From assembly GCA_023898465.1 (NCBI GenBank), contig CP060223.1, positions 832,001 through 896,000 on the forward strand: a stretch of DNA of 64,000 nucleotides, written 5' to 3'. The position numbers and the translations under genes were made by a program. Every line of letters begins with the position of its first letter. The stretch's first letter is position 1. The stretch is from Candidatus Nomurabacteria bacterium. Lineage in GTDB: Bacteria; Patescibacteriota; Patescibacteriia; HK-STAS-PATE-3. Under the pieces are notes generated by a model. The model did not search any database and was not told the DNA's origin. It worked only from the letters and a program-made list of their open reading frames with translations. This document shows positions 55,709 through 64,000 of this stretch, in pieces.

Positions 55709-56512
55709 CTAAGAAATATCCCGACGACGGAAGCGCCAAACTCCGAGCAAAGCACTGCTGATACTTATTGCACCAAAAAACCAGTACGCCTCTGCAAGGA
55801 TTTGACCCTTCACTAAGGCTAAGTTAGCGTCGAAGTAGTAGAAGAATGAAAAATATTTTACCCAATCAAATGTGTCAGGATTTATCTGCGCAACAATATT
55901 CAACACATACATCCCAACCAGACTCACTCCTAAGAGCATGTACACCCGACTTCGTTCAGAAAACCAAGCAGAAAGGGCAAAGCCGACGCCAAGTGTTGCT
56001 AGCCCAAATAAAAATCCTAGCACGGAAATAAGGATAAGCTTATCCAGTTGATAAGCCACTCCGTGCAACAGCGCAAAAGGAATCACGGTGAAGTTTGAAA
56101 AAATGACAAAGAGAAAGAGAGTAGAAACCGCGGTTAGATAACGCGACCAATAAATTTTTATCCGCGACAAACGACGAGCAAGGAGAATATCGGCCGTGCC
56201 ACGTTCTATTTCCCCAGCTAAGGCAGGGCCAGCCATGGTGGCCATAAGAAACAATACCAGCATCGGCCAGGTGAAAGAGTACTGCTCTGCTGCGAGATAA
56301 TTCTCTAGCTTGCTAAGATTGAGCTCATCAATACCAAAGGCCTGTAAAAACTCTTTTGGATAGCTAGAGAAGGCCTCATTGAGTTGATCGGCTTGCGCCT
56401 CAATCGAGGGATAGAGCGCGACAAACATCCACACAAGCAACGCGGCGGAGACAGAGAACCAGAATATTGTCCGACGTCGATCTTTTAAGGTTTGTAAAAA
56501 GAGAGTCCACAT
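55709..56512 (-). CDS. ABC-2 type exporter permease
   Basis: 267 aa, 6 TM segments. Immediately downstream of an ABC ATPase. Confidence 0.6.
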   Translation of the reverse strand: MWTLFLQTLKDRRRTIFWFSVSAALLVWMFVALYPSIEAQADQLNEAFSSYPKEFLQAFGIDELNLSKLENYLAAEQYSFTWPMLVLFLMATMAGPALAGEIERGTADILLARRLSRIKIYWSRYLTAVSTLFLFVIFSNFTVIPFALLHGVAYQLDKLILISVLGFLFGLATLGVGFALSAWFSERSRVYMLLGVSLVGMYVLNIVAQINPDTFDWVKYFSFFYYFDANLALVKGQILAEAYWFFGAISISSALLGVWRFRRRDIS

Positions 56513-56513
56513 A

Positions 56514-57389
56514 TTACGCCTCGTAATACTTCATAAAAATTTCTTCCAGCGTGGCATGAGAGATAACAATGTCACGTAAAGGCAGCTGCTGCATACGCGC
56601 CAAGAAAGGACGAATATCGCCACTGATATCGACCACATAGCCATGACTCGACTCACTATGCAAAGTTACCCCATCACCAAGCACTGCTGACTTATCCGGC
56701 TTCTCGCTAAACTGCAGTTCAACCTTATAGAGCTGTTTGGCCTTTAAGGCATCAATACGCTCGACGGCCACCATCTTGCCTTTACGGATGATCCCCACAC
56801 GATCGCAAACTCGCTCCACCTCAGCTAAATTATGCGAGGACATAAATATCGTTGCGCCCCGAGCAGAGGCTTCGCGAAGGAGTTCATATACTTCATGTTG
56901 CAGCAGAGGATCAAGCGCATTCGTTGGCTCATCTAGTATGAACAGGTCTGGCTTGCGCATAAAGGCCATAATAATCGCCAGCTTTTGACGATTGCCGGAA
57001 GAAAGCTGCTTTGCTTTGCGTTTCGGATCAAATTGCAAACGTTCACATAGGTCCTTCGCAATATCATGATCTCCATCCATGCGACGAACAAAAGAAAAAT
57101 GCTCTTCGCCTGTCCATCGATCATAGAGCCTGACTGATCCAGAAAGGTAACCAATGCGCTCCTTTAAGGCAACGCTATCCTTAACACTGTGTTTACCTAA
57201 AATGTGAATACTCCCCTCGGTTGGACGCAAAAAGTCCATCATAGTGCGGATAGTGGTAGTTTTTCCGGCGCCATTTGGCCCGAGAAACCCAAATAACTCG
57301 CCCTCCTGAACACTAAAGCTAATACCATCCACTGCTTTTACTGGACCATAGTGCTTTTTGAAATCTGAAAACACGAGTGCTTCTGCCAT
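56514..57389 (-). CDS. ABC transporter ATP-binding protein (ABC-2 subfamily)
   Basis: Walker A GPNGAGKTT, signature LSSGNRQKLAI, Walker B FILDEPTNALD. Confidence 0.85.
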   Translation of the reverse strand: MAEALVFSDFKKHYGPVKAVDGISFSVQEGELFGFLGPNGAGKTTTIRTMMDFLRPTEGSIHILGKHSVKDSVALKERIGYLSGSVRLYDRWTGEEHFSFVRRMDGDHDIAKDLCERLQFDPKRKAKQLSSGNRQKLAIIMAFMRKPDLFILDEPTNALDPLLQHEVYELLREASARGATIFMSSHNLAEVERVCDRVGIIRKGKMVAVERIDALKAKQLYKVELQFSEKPDKSAVLGDGVTLHSESSHGYVVDISGDIRPFLARMQQLPLRDIVISHATLEEIFMKYYEA

Positions 57390-57580
57390 GACTTATACAG
57401 TAGCACTGCGGTAGGCAAAGCTCAATGCTTTGCCTACATAATATACAAAACGTAGCCCAGGAATTCATCCTGGGCGAAATGTGCAAAAAGAAAAGCCGCC
57501 TAGCACAAAAATATCAGGTATTACCCTTAGATCATGATAGCTCCAGTGCCGTCTTTGCATATTGCGAACACGTTGCTTGT

Positions 57581-58120
57581 CTAGTCCTTCAAATACTCCG
57601 CAAATTTCTGTCGTAACTTGGCAATCTTCGGATCAATCACTATTTGGCAATAAGGCTTATTCGGATTGCGGTCGTAAAAATCCTGGTGCTCGGCCTCGGC
57701 CGGATAAAACTTCTGAGCTGGCTCAATCGAAGTAACGATGGGATTCGCAAAAACTTTTTCCTGCTCCAACTTTTGTATCATTCCTTCGGCTGCGGCTTTC
57801 TGTTCTTCACTATGATAAAAAATAACTGAACGATACTCCTCGCCAATATCATTCCCTTGTCGATTCAGTGTAGTGGGGTCATGCGTTGCAAAAAAAACAT
57901 CGAGGAGACGCTCGTAAGGAATAACACTTGGATCAAATTCTACTTGTACTGCTTCAGCATGACCAGTACGCGATTGATGGAGAGCTGCATAATTTGGATG
58001 CTCCGTCGTGCCGCCAGTATAGCCTGATCCCACCTTTAGAACACCGCGCAAACGCTTAAAGACCGCTTCGGTACACCAGAAGCAACCAGAGGCAAATGTA
58101 GCTAATGCAGATGATTTCAT
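57581..58120 (-). CDS. msrA: Peptide-methionine (S)-S-oxide reductase MsrA
   Basis: ATFASGCFWCTEAVF active-site motif. 179 aa. Confidence 0.9.
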   Translation of the reverse strand: MKSSALATFASGCFWCTEAVFKRLRGVLKVGSGYTGGTTEHPNYAALHQSRTGHAEAVQVEFDPSVIPYERLLDVFFATHDPTTLNRQGNDIGEEYRSVIFYHSEEQKAAAEGMIQKLEQEKVFANPIVTSIEPAQKFYPAEAEHQDFYDRNPNKPYCQIVIDPKIAKLRQKFAEYLKD

Positions 58121-58171
58121 ATGTATAGTCTACGACAGCTCGGTTATTCAAACAAGGAAAAGCCGGATTGA

Positions 58172-58312
58172 CTATGCAATCCGGCCTGTAGGTCCGTTTC
58201 CTCCTCCAAAGAAACGTCTGATTTCATCCCACAACTCATAGAGCTGCATCTGGATACGTTCCCAGAGCGTCTCCTGCCTTGGCTCCGATTCAGGAAGATT
58301 ATGCCATCGCAT
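58172..58312 (-). CDS. Small hypothetical protein (46 aa), start at MRWHNL
   Basis: SD ggagggg 6 nt before the ATG at 58312. The longer 79-aa version would overlap the upstream terminator hairpin. Confidence 0.3.
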   Translation of the reverse strand: MRWHNLPESEPRQETLWERIQMQLYELWDEIRRFFGGGNGPTGRIA

Positions 58313-58392
58313 GATTACCCCTCCACAATCCTCGAGGACTCGAAACGCATCTGCACACTGGCATCTTAATTTCTTTTGTGCAAGTCCGGATA

Positions 58393-58435
58393 AAAAGAAA
58401 GAGCGCCCCAACCTGAGTTAGGGCGCTTCGATGCC
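58393..58435 (-). terminator. Rho-independent terminator (minus-strand gcgccc-N12-gggcgc then tctttcttttt)
   Basis: Plus strand reads aaaaagaaagagcgccccaacctgagttagggcgc. Confidence 0.55.
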
Positions 58436-58480
58436 GAAGCTACGAGGTGCTGTCCCTGATCCGGGTCATGTTGACCTCCG

Positions 58481-58600
58481 TCACCGCGTCTGGGCCGTCT
58501 TCACCTTGGCCTTCGTCGACTGGGCCGTCGTCATCCGGGTCGTCGTCCGCGACTTCTTGTTCGACTGCTCGCCGTGCTGGATCTGGGTGGACACACGCAT
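58481..58600 (-). CDS. Unannotated 39-aa highly basic Thr/Gln/Lys-rich small ORF (MRVSTQIQHGEQSNKKSRTTTRMTTAQSTKAKVKTAQTR), high-GC
   Basis: aaggagg 7 nt upstream of the ATG. TGA stop. A terminator follows 45 nt downstream. Below the 60-aa cutoff of the ORF track. Confidence 0.4.
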   Translation of the reverse strand: MRVSTQIQHGEQSNKKSRTTTRMTTAQSTKAKVKTAQTR

Positions 58601-58706
58601 TTTGCGGTACCTCCTTGGACTCCGTCCATATCCCCCTAAACGCCGAGTGCGTCAGTGGGACATAAAAAGCCTAGCACAAGTCTCTTTTACCTGTCTATAT
58701 GGAAGA

Positions 58707-60008
58707 TTAGTAAGAAAACTCTTCGGAATGAATGCGGGAATTCTCAATCCCGAGCGCACGCAACTGTTTTCGTAACGCACGAATCATGGGCGGTGGCGCA
58801 CAAATGAAAATGTCTCTACCCTCTAGAGAACTGAGAAGCTGTTGTATCTGTGCACCAGTGACCAGGCCCTTTTCCTCCGAGCACCACATCTGTACACGCA
58901 ATTGCTCGTGAGTGGATTTGCTTAAACTTTCTAAGTCTTGTGCTAACACCGCATCGGCACTACTGCGCGTGCAATATAATAAATCAATCGAGTAGCCTTG
59001 TTCGTGGACTAAGGCTTGCGCCATGCTCAAGAAAGGGGTAATACCAATCCCACCAGCAATCCATACCTGTTCTTTTGCTTGGGCAAGTTGATGAGAAAAA
59101 GTGCCATAAGGTCCTTCAATCTCTGCAGTCGCTCCTAGGGCCAGTCGATGCAGCCCGTTAGTAAAATCACCCGAACGCTTGATATGCAAACTCAGTTCAC
59201 TTGCTTGTGGATCTGCAGTGATGCTAAAAGGATGCACTTCGCCACTCACCTGTGCGTCTCGAAAACTAATGAAGATAAACTGTCCGGGTAAAAAGTGCAT
59301 TTCTTTTTCCTGAGGACGCAGGACAAGGTGCGTCACCATATCACGCAAATTTTCTACATGCGTTACCACATACGTATAGCGATGAATAAGCCAGCGACCC
59401 AGCAACGTGTGGTAAAGATAAGCGAGTAATCCTAGGCCAGACAGGATCAACATATACCAACGCAAGGGCGCATAGGCAGCTACATCACTTGGAATGAAAT
59501 AGACATGCAAACTTGCTAAGAAAAATGCCAGACCCATAAACCGATGCGTCCATCGCCAAATATGATACTTGGGTCGAAAGTATATAGTGAGAGCAATAAG
59601 AACGACAAAAGTGAGCAAAGCCAACTTGCCCCACAGACGAGAAATAGGCTCAATGGAAAAAATAAAATGCACAATGCTGGAAAAATCCCAGCCAGCATAT
59701 TGTGGTATGAGTAGGATCGGGTGTAAGAGAAGAAGATAAAATCCATAGCGCCCGAGCTTACCGTGTTTTTCATAAAGCACGTGTAGTCCTCGTAGACCAC
59801 GAATGAGGAAAGGAATACGCGCACTCAAGATTAAGTTAATGGCAAACATGCTTGTGCCAATCAAGGCGAGTAGCCGCGAAAGGTCAGTGCTTACTCCCTC
59901 CACCCCGCCACTAAAACGGGGTAGAAAGGTGGGCGCCATAAACCAAAGCACAACAGGTACTAATGTGAGAACAATGATTCCATACCAAACTCTTTGCGCT
60001 TTTCCCAT
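58707..60008 (-). CDS. NADPH-oxidase (NOX)/ferric-reductase family protein: 6-TM ferric-reductase domain plus FAD-binding and NAD(P)-binding dehydrogenase domain
   Basis: TM region with conserved His pairs. HPFSI (FAD-binding HPF[ST]), GPYG and GGIGITPF (NAD-binding). 433 aa, like bacterial NOX homologues. Confidence 0.7.
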   Translation of the reverse strand: MGKAQRVWYGIIVLTLVPVVLWFMAPTFLPRFSGGVEGVSTDLSRLLALIGTSMFAINLILSARIPFLIRGLRGLHVLYEKHGKLGRYGFYLLLLHPILLIPQYAGWDFSSIVHFIFSIEPISRLWGKLALLTFVVLIALTIYFRPKYHIWRWTHRFMGLAFFLASLHVYFIPSDVAAYAPLRWYMLILSGLGLLAYLYHTLLGRWLIHRYTYVVTHVENLRDMVTHLVLRPQEKEMHFLPGQFIFISFRDAQVSGEVHPFSITADPQASELSLHIKRSGDFTNGLHRLALGATAEIEGPYGTFSHQLAQAKEQVWIAGGIGITPFLSMAQALVHEQGYSIDLLYCTRSSADAVLAQDLESLSKSTHEQLRVQMWCSEEKGLVTGAQIQQLLSSLEGRDIFICAPPPMIRALRKQLRALGIENSRIHSEEFSY

Positions 60009-60238
60009 ATCTGTAATACTCCTTTGAAATACTATTACTTCCCTACTAGTATATCACGTAAAGGTAGGCGGGACTCGATTGAATCCCGCCTCACAATCCC
60101 TTGTGTCGATTGAGCGAACTAAGCGACTGCCCTCATCACCCTCCGATCGTTCCGGGTCTGCCATCAATGTATACAATGACTACGACTATCGTAGCCAAAA
60201 ACAGTATAGCAATACTTTATTGATAATAAAAATGAAGC

Positions 60239-60709
60239 TTACTTTTTAAATTTTTTCTTTTTAGCGCGAGACTTTTCGTGCATGTCAATCATCTGCTGCA
60301 CGCTCACTCGGCTAACTGCTTGTCCAATCACCTCAAGTGGCAAATCCTCTAAATGCTTAAAGCGGATACAACTCCCACCCATGTCGAGCTTCTTACCGGC
60401 TTTTCGAAACTCCGCTTCAATCCACTTCTTGCCCTTAGGGTCACCATAGAGTCCCATATGATAGAGTGCCATGTGATTTTTCTGCGAGGCAAGAGAGATA
60501 TATGGCAGTGGAGTTTTTTCATCGTACAGATAACCAGCCGGATAGAGCTTCAGGGGAACGCCGTACGTGATCATCCCGTATTGCATTCCTTCTTGATAGC
60601 CCTTAGGTAAATACTTACGGATGATATTTCGAACAGAGGCAATCGCTGCCCTTCGTTCAGCTGGTAGCTCTTTCAGATATGCATCAACTGTTTTTGCTTG
60701 AGATTGCAT
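60239..60709 (-). CDS. DUF1801 (YdhG-like) domain protein
   Basis: VDAYLKELPAERRAAIASVRNIIRKYLP...YGMITYG pattern of DUF1801. Confidence 0.55.
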   Translation of the reverse strand: MQSQAKTVDAYLKELPAERRAAIASVRNIIRKYLPKGYQEGMQYGMITYGVPLKLYPAGYLYDEKTPLPYISLASQKNHMALYHMGLYGDPKGKKWIEAEFRKAGKKLDMGGSCIRFKHLEDLPLEVIGQAVSRVSVQQMIDMHEKSRAKKKKFKK

Positions 60710-60710
60710 G

Positions 60711-61367
60711 TTAGCAACCGAGGGCCGCTAAACATGAAGTCTTTGCTTCACCTTCTAGGGAATCACAGCTTGAGCACTGTGCTTGCATGGTCTCTTCCAT
60801 AGCATCATGCATTGCTTCCATCTGTGCGGTCAGATCAGTAAATTCTACATTTGAGGGAAGCTCAAATTTTGCGGCATCAACTGTCCACGGATGGCAATCA
60901 AAATCATATTGGTTATCGTAGTTGACCGAAGGAGCGGCATTTGTGTCTGTGGTATCTGTCTCGTTGGTGTCAGCTTCAGTGTCGAAATCTTCTAATTTAA
61001 TTTTTGTGCCTATCTCCTGACCGTCGTACATCCCCCAATTGTAATGATAGGTATCATCTCGGATGATGTGCGATTCAGTTTCTGCGCCATCATTTGCCAC
61101 CATCATAAAATCACCACGAACCATGTTGTTATGCATATACACTACACCTTCTTGTGATCCATACTCGTCGCTGTACGTGTAGTCACAAGTGAGATCATCA
61201 TTCTGCCCAAAGAGACTAGTGAGGGAACTAGACTCCATCATGGTGTGGGAATCGGAATTGCTTGTGGTGTCACTTGTTTCGTCTGAACCACTTTGGGATT
61301 GCCATACAAAATATCCACCGCCCAGGACCAGGACACCTATAATAATAGCTATCAGTGCTTTTGACAT
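60711..61367 (-). CDS. Membrane-anchored highly acidic hypothetical protein (Asp/Glu/Thr-rich ectodomain, C-terminal Cys cluster)
   Basis: N-terminal TM helix, then low-complexity acidic sequence. Confidence 0.4.
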   Translation of the reverse strand: MSKALIAIIIGVLVLGGGYFVWQSQSGSDETSDTTSNSDSHTMMESSSLTSLFGQNDDLTCDYTYSDEYGSQEGVVYMHNNMVRGDFMMVANDGAETESHIIRDDTYHYNWGMYDGQEIGTKIKLEDFDTEADTNETDTTDTNAAPSVNYDNQYDFDCHPWTVDAAKFELPSNVEFTDLTAQMEAMHDAMEETMQAQCSSCDSLEGEAKTSCLAALGC

Positions 61368-61408
61368 AAAGAATAGGTTAAGAAAAAGTATCTATAGTAT
61401 ACCACAGA

Positions 61409-61963
61409 CTAGGCTCGTTTCCGCAGTATCCTTGCCTGATATATTGTGGCGATTGTCTGGATACTCCCCATGACAATGAAGAGTGTTTGGAAAGAATATT
61501 GAGTTACAACAACGCCTCCCAAAATAATTGCTGCGCCGGTGACAATCAAGGCTGTACCCTCGGAAATACCCCACTCATAAGTATCGTGTTTACGATCTTC
61601 ATATTTGGCGTACAGCGCATCCCAAGTTGGTGTCGCAAGTGCCGCGGCAACTCCTAAGCCTGCTTGCACAATGAGGAGATGGAGAGGTGAACTCACAAAG
61701 AGATACCCGAAGGTGAATAGCGCATTCAGCGCGTAGCCAAGCATCATCATTTTTTCCTTTGAGTAGCCTTGGTCAATTATTTTACCAAAGAGGATATGAA
61801 GCACGCCGCCGACAATAAGATAGGTTGCCCAGGCCCAAGTGATCTCTAAAACGTCGCCGCCTACTTGCTCAGCAAAAACAGCGAAGAGTGGCCCAAGCAT
61901 GCCTTCGCCTAAATACCAGATGTTTGAACCGTAGAGTAAAATAGCTCGTTGTTCTTTCCCCAT
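61409..61963 (-). CDS. Small polytopic membrane protein (about 6 TM, MFS-half-like)
   Basis: 184 aa, hydrophobic throughout. No partner half nearby. Confidence 0.35.
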   Translation of the reverse strand: MGKEQRAILLYGSNIWYLGEGMLGPLFAVFAEQVGGDVLEITWAWATYLIVGGVLHILFGKIIDQGYSKEKMMMLGYALNALFTFGYLFVSSPLHLLIVQAGLGVAAALATPTWDALYAKYEDRKHDTYEWGISEGTALIVTGAAIILGGVVVTQYSFQTLFIVMGSIQTIATIYQARILRKRA

Positions 61964-62044
61964 GCCGATAGTATACGGGTTTCTTAGCTATGCGACTAGC
62001 GAATAAGCCCTTTGAAGGACTCAAGTAATCTTGGCGGATATTAT

Positions 62045-62134
62045 AAAACTAAAACTGGCGGTGGGAGAGGGATTTGAACCCCCGATACCCTTTCGGGTAT
62101 ACCGCATTTCGAGTGCGGCCCATTCGACCACTCT
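62045..62134 (-). tRNA. tRNA-Ser (anticodon CGA), type II with long variable arm, CCA encoded
   Basis: Reverse complement GGTGGGATGCCAGAGTGGTCGAATGGGCCGCACTCGAAATGCGGTATACCCGAAAGGGTATCGGGGGTTCAAATCCCTCTCCCACCGCCA. Anticodon stem CCGCA/TGCGG with loop CTCGAAA. Variable-arm hairpin ATACCC-GAAA-GGGTAT. Confidence 0.8.
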
Positions 62135-62153
62135 GGCATCCCACCGTGAATAG

Positions 62154-62405
62154 TTAGCGAATTGTATTTTGGAGTAAAAATTTCAGACGCTCACGTCCCT
62201 TTCCCGTCTTCAAAAATCTTTCCTCAAGTACTGCATCATTTTTGTTTGAGAACACCTCATAGTAAACGAGTGACCAATCTTGCGACCGGGATGTATAGCG
62301 CGATCTGCCGGACTTATGTTCGCTTACCCTCTTTTTTAAATCACTTGTACTGCCGATATACTTCTTTTTTAGATGAATACTATACAATATGTATACATAA
62401 TACAT
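62154..62405 (-). CDS. GIY-YIG nuclease-domain protein (83 aa)
   Basis: SD aaggag 4 nt before ATG. MYYVYILYSIHLKKKYIGSTSDLKKRVSEHKSG matches the GIY-x10-YIG...R...H..G motif. Confidence 0.7.
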   Translation of the reverse strand: MYYVYILYSIHLKKKYIGSTSDLKKRVSEHKSGRSRYTSRSQDWSLVYYEVFSNKNDAVLEERFLKTGKGRERLKFLLQNTIR

Positions 62406-62523
62406 ATTTCTCCTTGTATCGATCACCACCTATCCCGCCCGAGGCGGGTCCGCCTTGGGCGGACGACCACTCTGGCACCTCTCCAAAACGCCGCCTGGAG
62501 TGTAGCGAGATACGCCGACTTAA

Positions 62524-63063
62524 TCAAGCACGATACACCCACAAACTACTATGACCTCGCGGGCGAGGATTTCGTATTTCTTCCGAAGCCTGCCAATCTG
62601 GGAAACGAAATCCATAAGAATAGACTGACGCTCCCTTCTTCAACTGTTTCCGAAGTAGGGTTTCGGTATCTGCCATAACCGCATCAAGTAGGAAACAAAA
62701 AATCAAATCAGCATCATGCAGGTCAGCAGTAAAATAACTTACGTGACGGATTTCTACACCAGTACCGCGCGACCTCCAACGAGCCAAGAGGTAGGGCCAC
62801 CAGGCAATCTCATACCCAATCGCTCGAATGCTTGGATGCGCTTTCTTCAAAGCACGGAGCACTCGGGCATCACCGCAACCAAGATCATACACCACTGCAT
62901 CTTCGATTAAATCTACATGCTTTGCCATCCACTCCACTGCCCAGCGTGAGGTGGGTACATAGGGCACCTTATTTCGAAGAACGCTCCATAGCGCATTCAA
63001 AGCAAAGGCTAAAGCCACCAAGGCTGCTACCAGGATGAGAAGGAGTATACTAATAAGAAGCAT
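62524..63063 (-). CDS. Class I SAM-dependent methyltransferase with N-terminal TM helix
   Basis: VVYDLGCGDARVL (motif I, GxGxG-like) and an acidic post-I residue pattern. 179 aa. Confidence 0.6.
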   Translation of the reverse strand: MLLISILLLILVAALVALAFALNALWSVLRNKVPYVPTSRWAVEWMAKHVDLIEDAVVYDLGCGDARVLRALKKAHPSIRAIGYEIAWWPYLLARWRSRGTGVEIRHVSYFTADLHDADLIFCFLLDAVMADTETLLRKQLKKGASVYSYGFRFPDWQASEEIRNPRPRGHSSLWVYRA

Positions 63064-63069
63064 GGTCGC

Positions 63070-64000
63070 TTAAAAAAGTGATGACTGACTTAAACGCTTC
63101 CGATCACTGTCAGACAAGAGAGTGATATGACCGTACTCGCCGTCGTAGCCTGGCTCTACTTCTACTTTACCTTCGCGTAATCGCTGAATAGCCTCAACTA
63201 TTGGCGCCTCGGTCATTTTTTTCAGCTGCTCAATCGGCACTTCGCTCAACACTTTTAACTCACCGCCACCCTGAGAAACGAGAGGCCAATAAAGCGCTTC
63301 AACTTTTTTTGTGGCGCGCCCGCGCACACCAAGCGCCTGGGCAATTACCTTATCCAGCTCCACGAGCGAGAGGAAGTCAGGCGCGCCTTCTGGTCGTCGT
63401 CCTTCAGCTTCAGTTGTTAACTCTTCTACTCGATTTAATACGCCGATGGTCAGTGGTCGTCCGCACTTTGGACACATGCCTTTTAACTTCCGAGATTCAG
63501 CAGGAGAGAGGCAGACTTTGTGATCCCGATGTCCATCATAATGATAGCGACCCTCGTCTGGAAAAAATTCTAAAGTCTTACGTAGAGTGAGTTTTTCTTT
63601 TATAGGTTTCTTACGCGCCTCGGGCGATGCATTACGAATAGCCGTAAAGATATTGTCATAGCTCAACTCTTCACCTTCAAAAACTGTGGCTTCACGTCCG
63701 AGGTTAGGAAGCGAATGCGCATCAGAGCTAGAAACAAGCGCAACTTTATCCAATCCTTTGACTCGCCAGTTCATTGCCGGATCGGAAGATAAGCCTGTCT
63801 CGATTGCAAAAATTTCCGGCGCCAGCTCCTCGAAACACTCCTCGATTGAATCATAACCTGACTTAGAACCAAAAATAGCAAACCAGGGTGTCCATGCGTG
63901 CGCAGGGATAATATGACAACGAGGATCTACTTTGCGGATAAGCAAGAGTAAATCTTTAGAGGAGATGCCGAGTATTGGTCGACCGTCTCCGCCTAACTTA
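63070..64000 (-). CDS. EndoQ-like PHP-domain nuclease (TIGR00375 family) with CPKCGRP zinc finger; N-terminus beyond the right window edge
   Basis: HIIPAHAWTPWFAIFGSKSGYDSIEECF and SSDAHS PHP-domain motifs, then C-terminal CPKCGRPLTIG. The reading frame stays open upstream of the annotated Met to position 64000. Confidence 0.55.
   Translation of the reverse strand, partial: KLGGDGRPILGISSKDLLLLIRKVDPRCHIIPAHAWTPWFAIFGSKSGYDSIEECFEELAPEIFAIETGLSSDPAMNWRVKGLDKVALVSSSDAHSLPNLGREATVFEGEELSYDNIFTAIRNASPEARKKPIKEKLTLRKTLEFFPDEGRYHYDGHRDHKVCLSPAESRKLKGMCPKCGRPLTIGVLNRVEELTTEAEGRRPEGAPDFLSLVELDKVIAQALGVRGRATKKVEALYWPLVSQGGGELKVLSEVPIEQLKKMTEAPIVEAIQRLREGKVEVEPGYDGEYGHITLLSDSDRKRLSQSSLF

Noticed and set aside
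60060-60105. tRNA-like hairpin ggcgggactcgattgaatcccgcc
   Set aside because: Looks like a T-arm but there is no acceptor, D or anticodon arm around it and no T-run on either strand. Probably a degenerate remnant or a plain inverted repeat.
62430-62500. Second complete tRNA upstream of the GIY-YIG gene
   Set aside because: Only the 5-prime acceptor and D-arm part is present. It is followed by two 3-nt-loop hairpins instead of an anticodon arm, and there is no matching 3-prime acceptor strand.
1-64000. CRISPR arrays or cas genes
   Set aside because: No regularly spaced short direct repeats found. The only repeat families are the REP-like elements, the adhesin coding repeats and the paralog 5-prime-end duplication.

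Overview
This window looks like a compact bacterial genome of roughly 45% GC, densely coded, with short high-GC (~58-63%) genes scattered through it. The split PEP-synthase pieces and the cohesin/dockerin surface proteins suggest an uncultivated small-genome lineage such as Patescibacteria/CPR, but that is inference only. All calls rest on motifs I could read by eye; no database search was possible.

Region by region:
- 1-12.5 kb: a partial P-type cation ATPase, a cation/H+ antiporter, then a surface-glycan cluster (Wzx flippase, GT2, GT4, three Wzy/O-antigen-ligase-like membrane proteins).
- 12.5-17 kb: a high-GC mini-island of hypothetical genes, each with a sigma70-like promoter, Shine-Dalgarno sequence and hairpin terminator. 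It is interspersed with a ~70-85 nt REP-like structured repeat (3 copies) and ends at a REP-associated tyrosine transposase (RAYT) gene that carries one repeat copy in-frame.
- 17-22.2 kb: a four-gene operon encoding a disassembled PEP-synthase / rifampin-phosphotransferase-like module. Three paralogs each carry a novel N-domain plus a C-terminal phosphohistidine swivel domain, followed by a truncated ATP-grasp fragment. A structured ~270 nt leader sits inside the operon, and a full standalone ATP-grasp (PPDK_N) gene lies at 33.8 kb.
- 22.2-24.6 kb: a high-GC operon (two pseudo-receiver proteins plus an acyl carrier protein) behind a ~350 nt leader, then tRNA-Glu.
- 24.7-31.4 kb: zur-znuACB with a leaderless zur promoter and operator-like palindrome, a type IV pilin-like gene, and an RND transporter.
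- 31.5-33.7 kb: a high-GC 718-aa orphan gene.
- 34.8-54.7 kb: a surface-protein island. It has a beta-propeller protein, two cohesin-like proteins, a dockerin protein and a DUF916-like anchored protein. These are followed by three ~360-aa secreted paralogs and a 3342-aa giant repeat adhesin, all sharing a divergent WxL-like C-terminal domain.
- 54.8-64 kb: msrB, a C39-like peptidase, an ABC-2 exporter, msrA, two tiny high-GC ORFs, a NOX-like ferric reductase, a DUF1801 protein, tRNA-Ser, a GIY-YIG nuclease, a methyltransferase and a partial EndoQ-like PHP nuclease.
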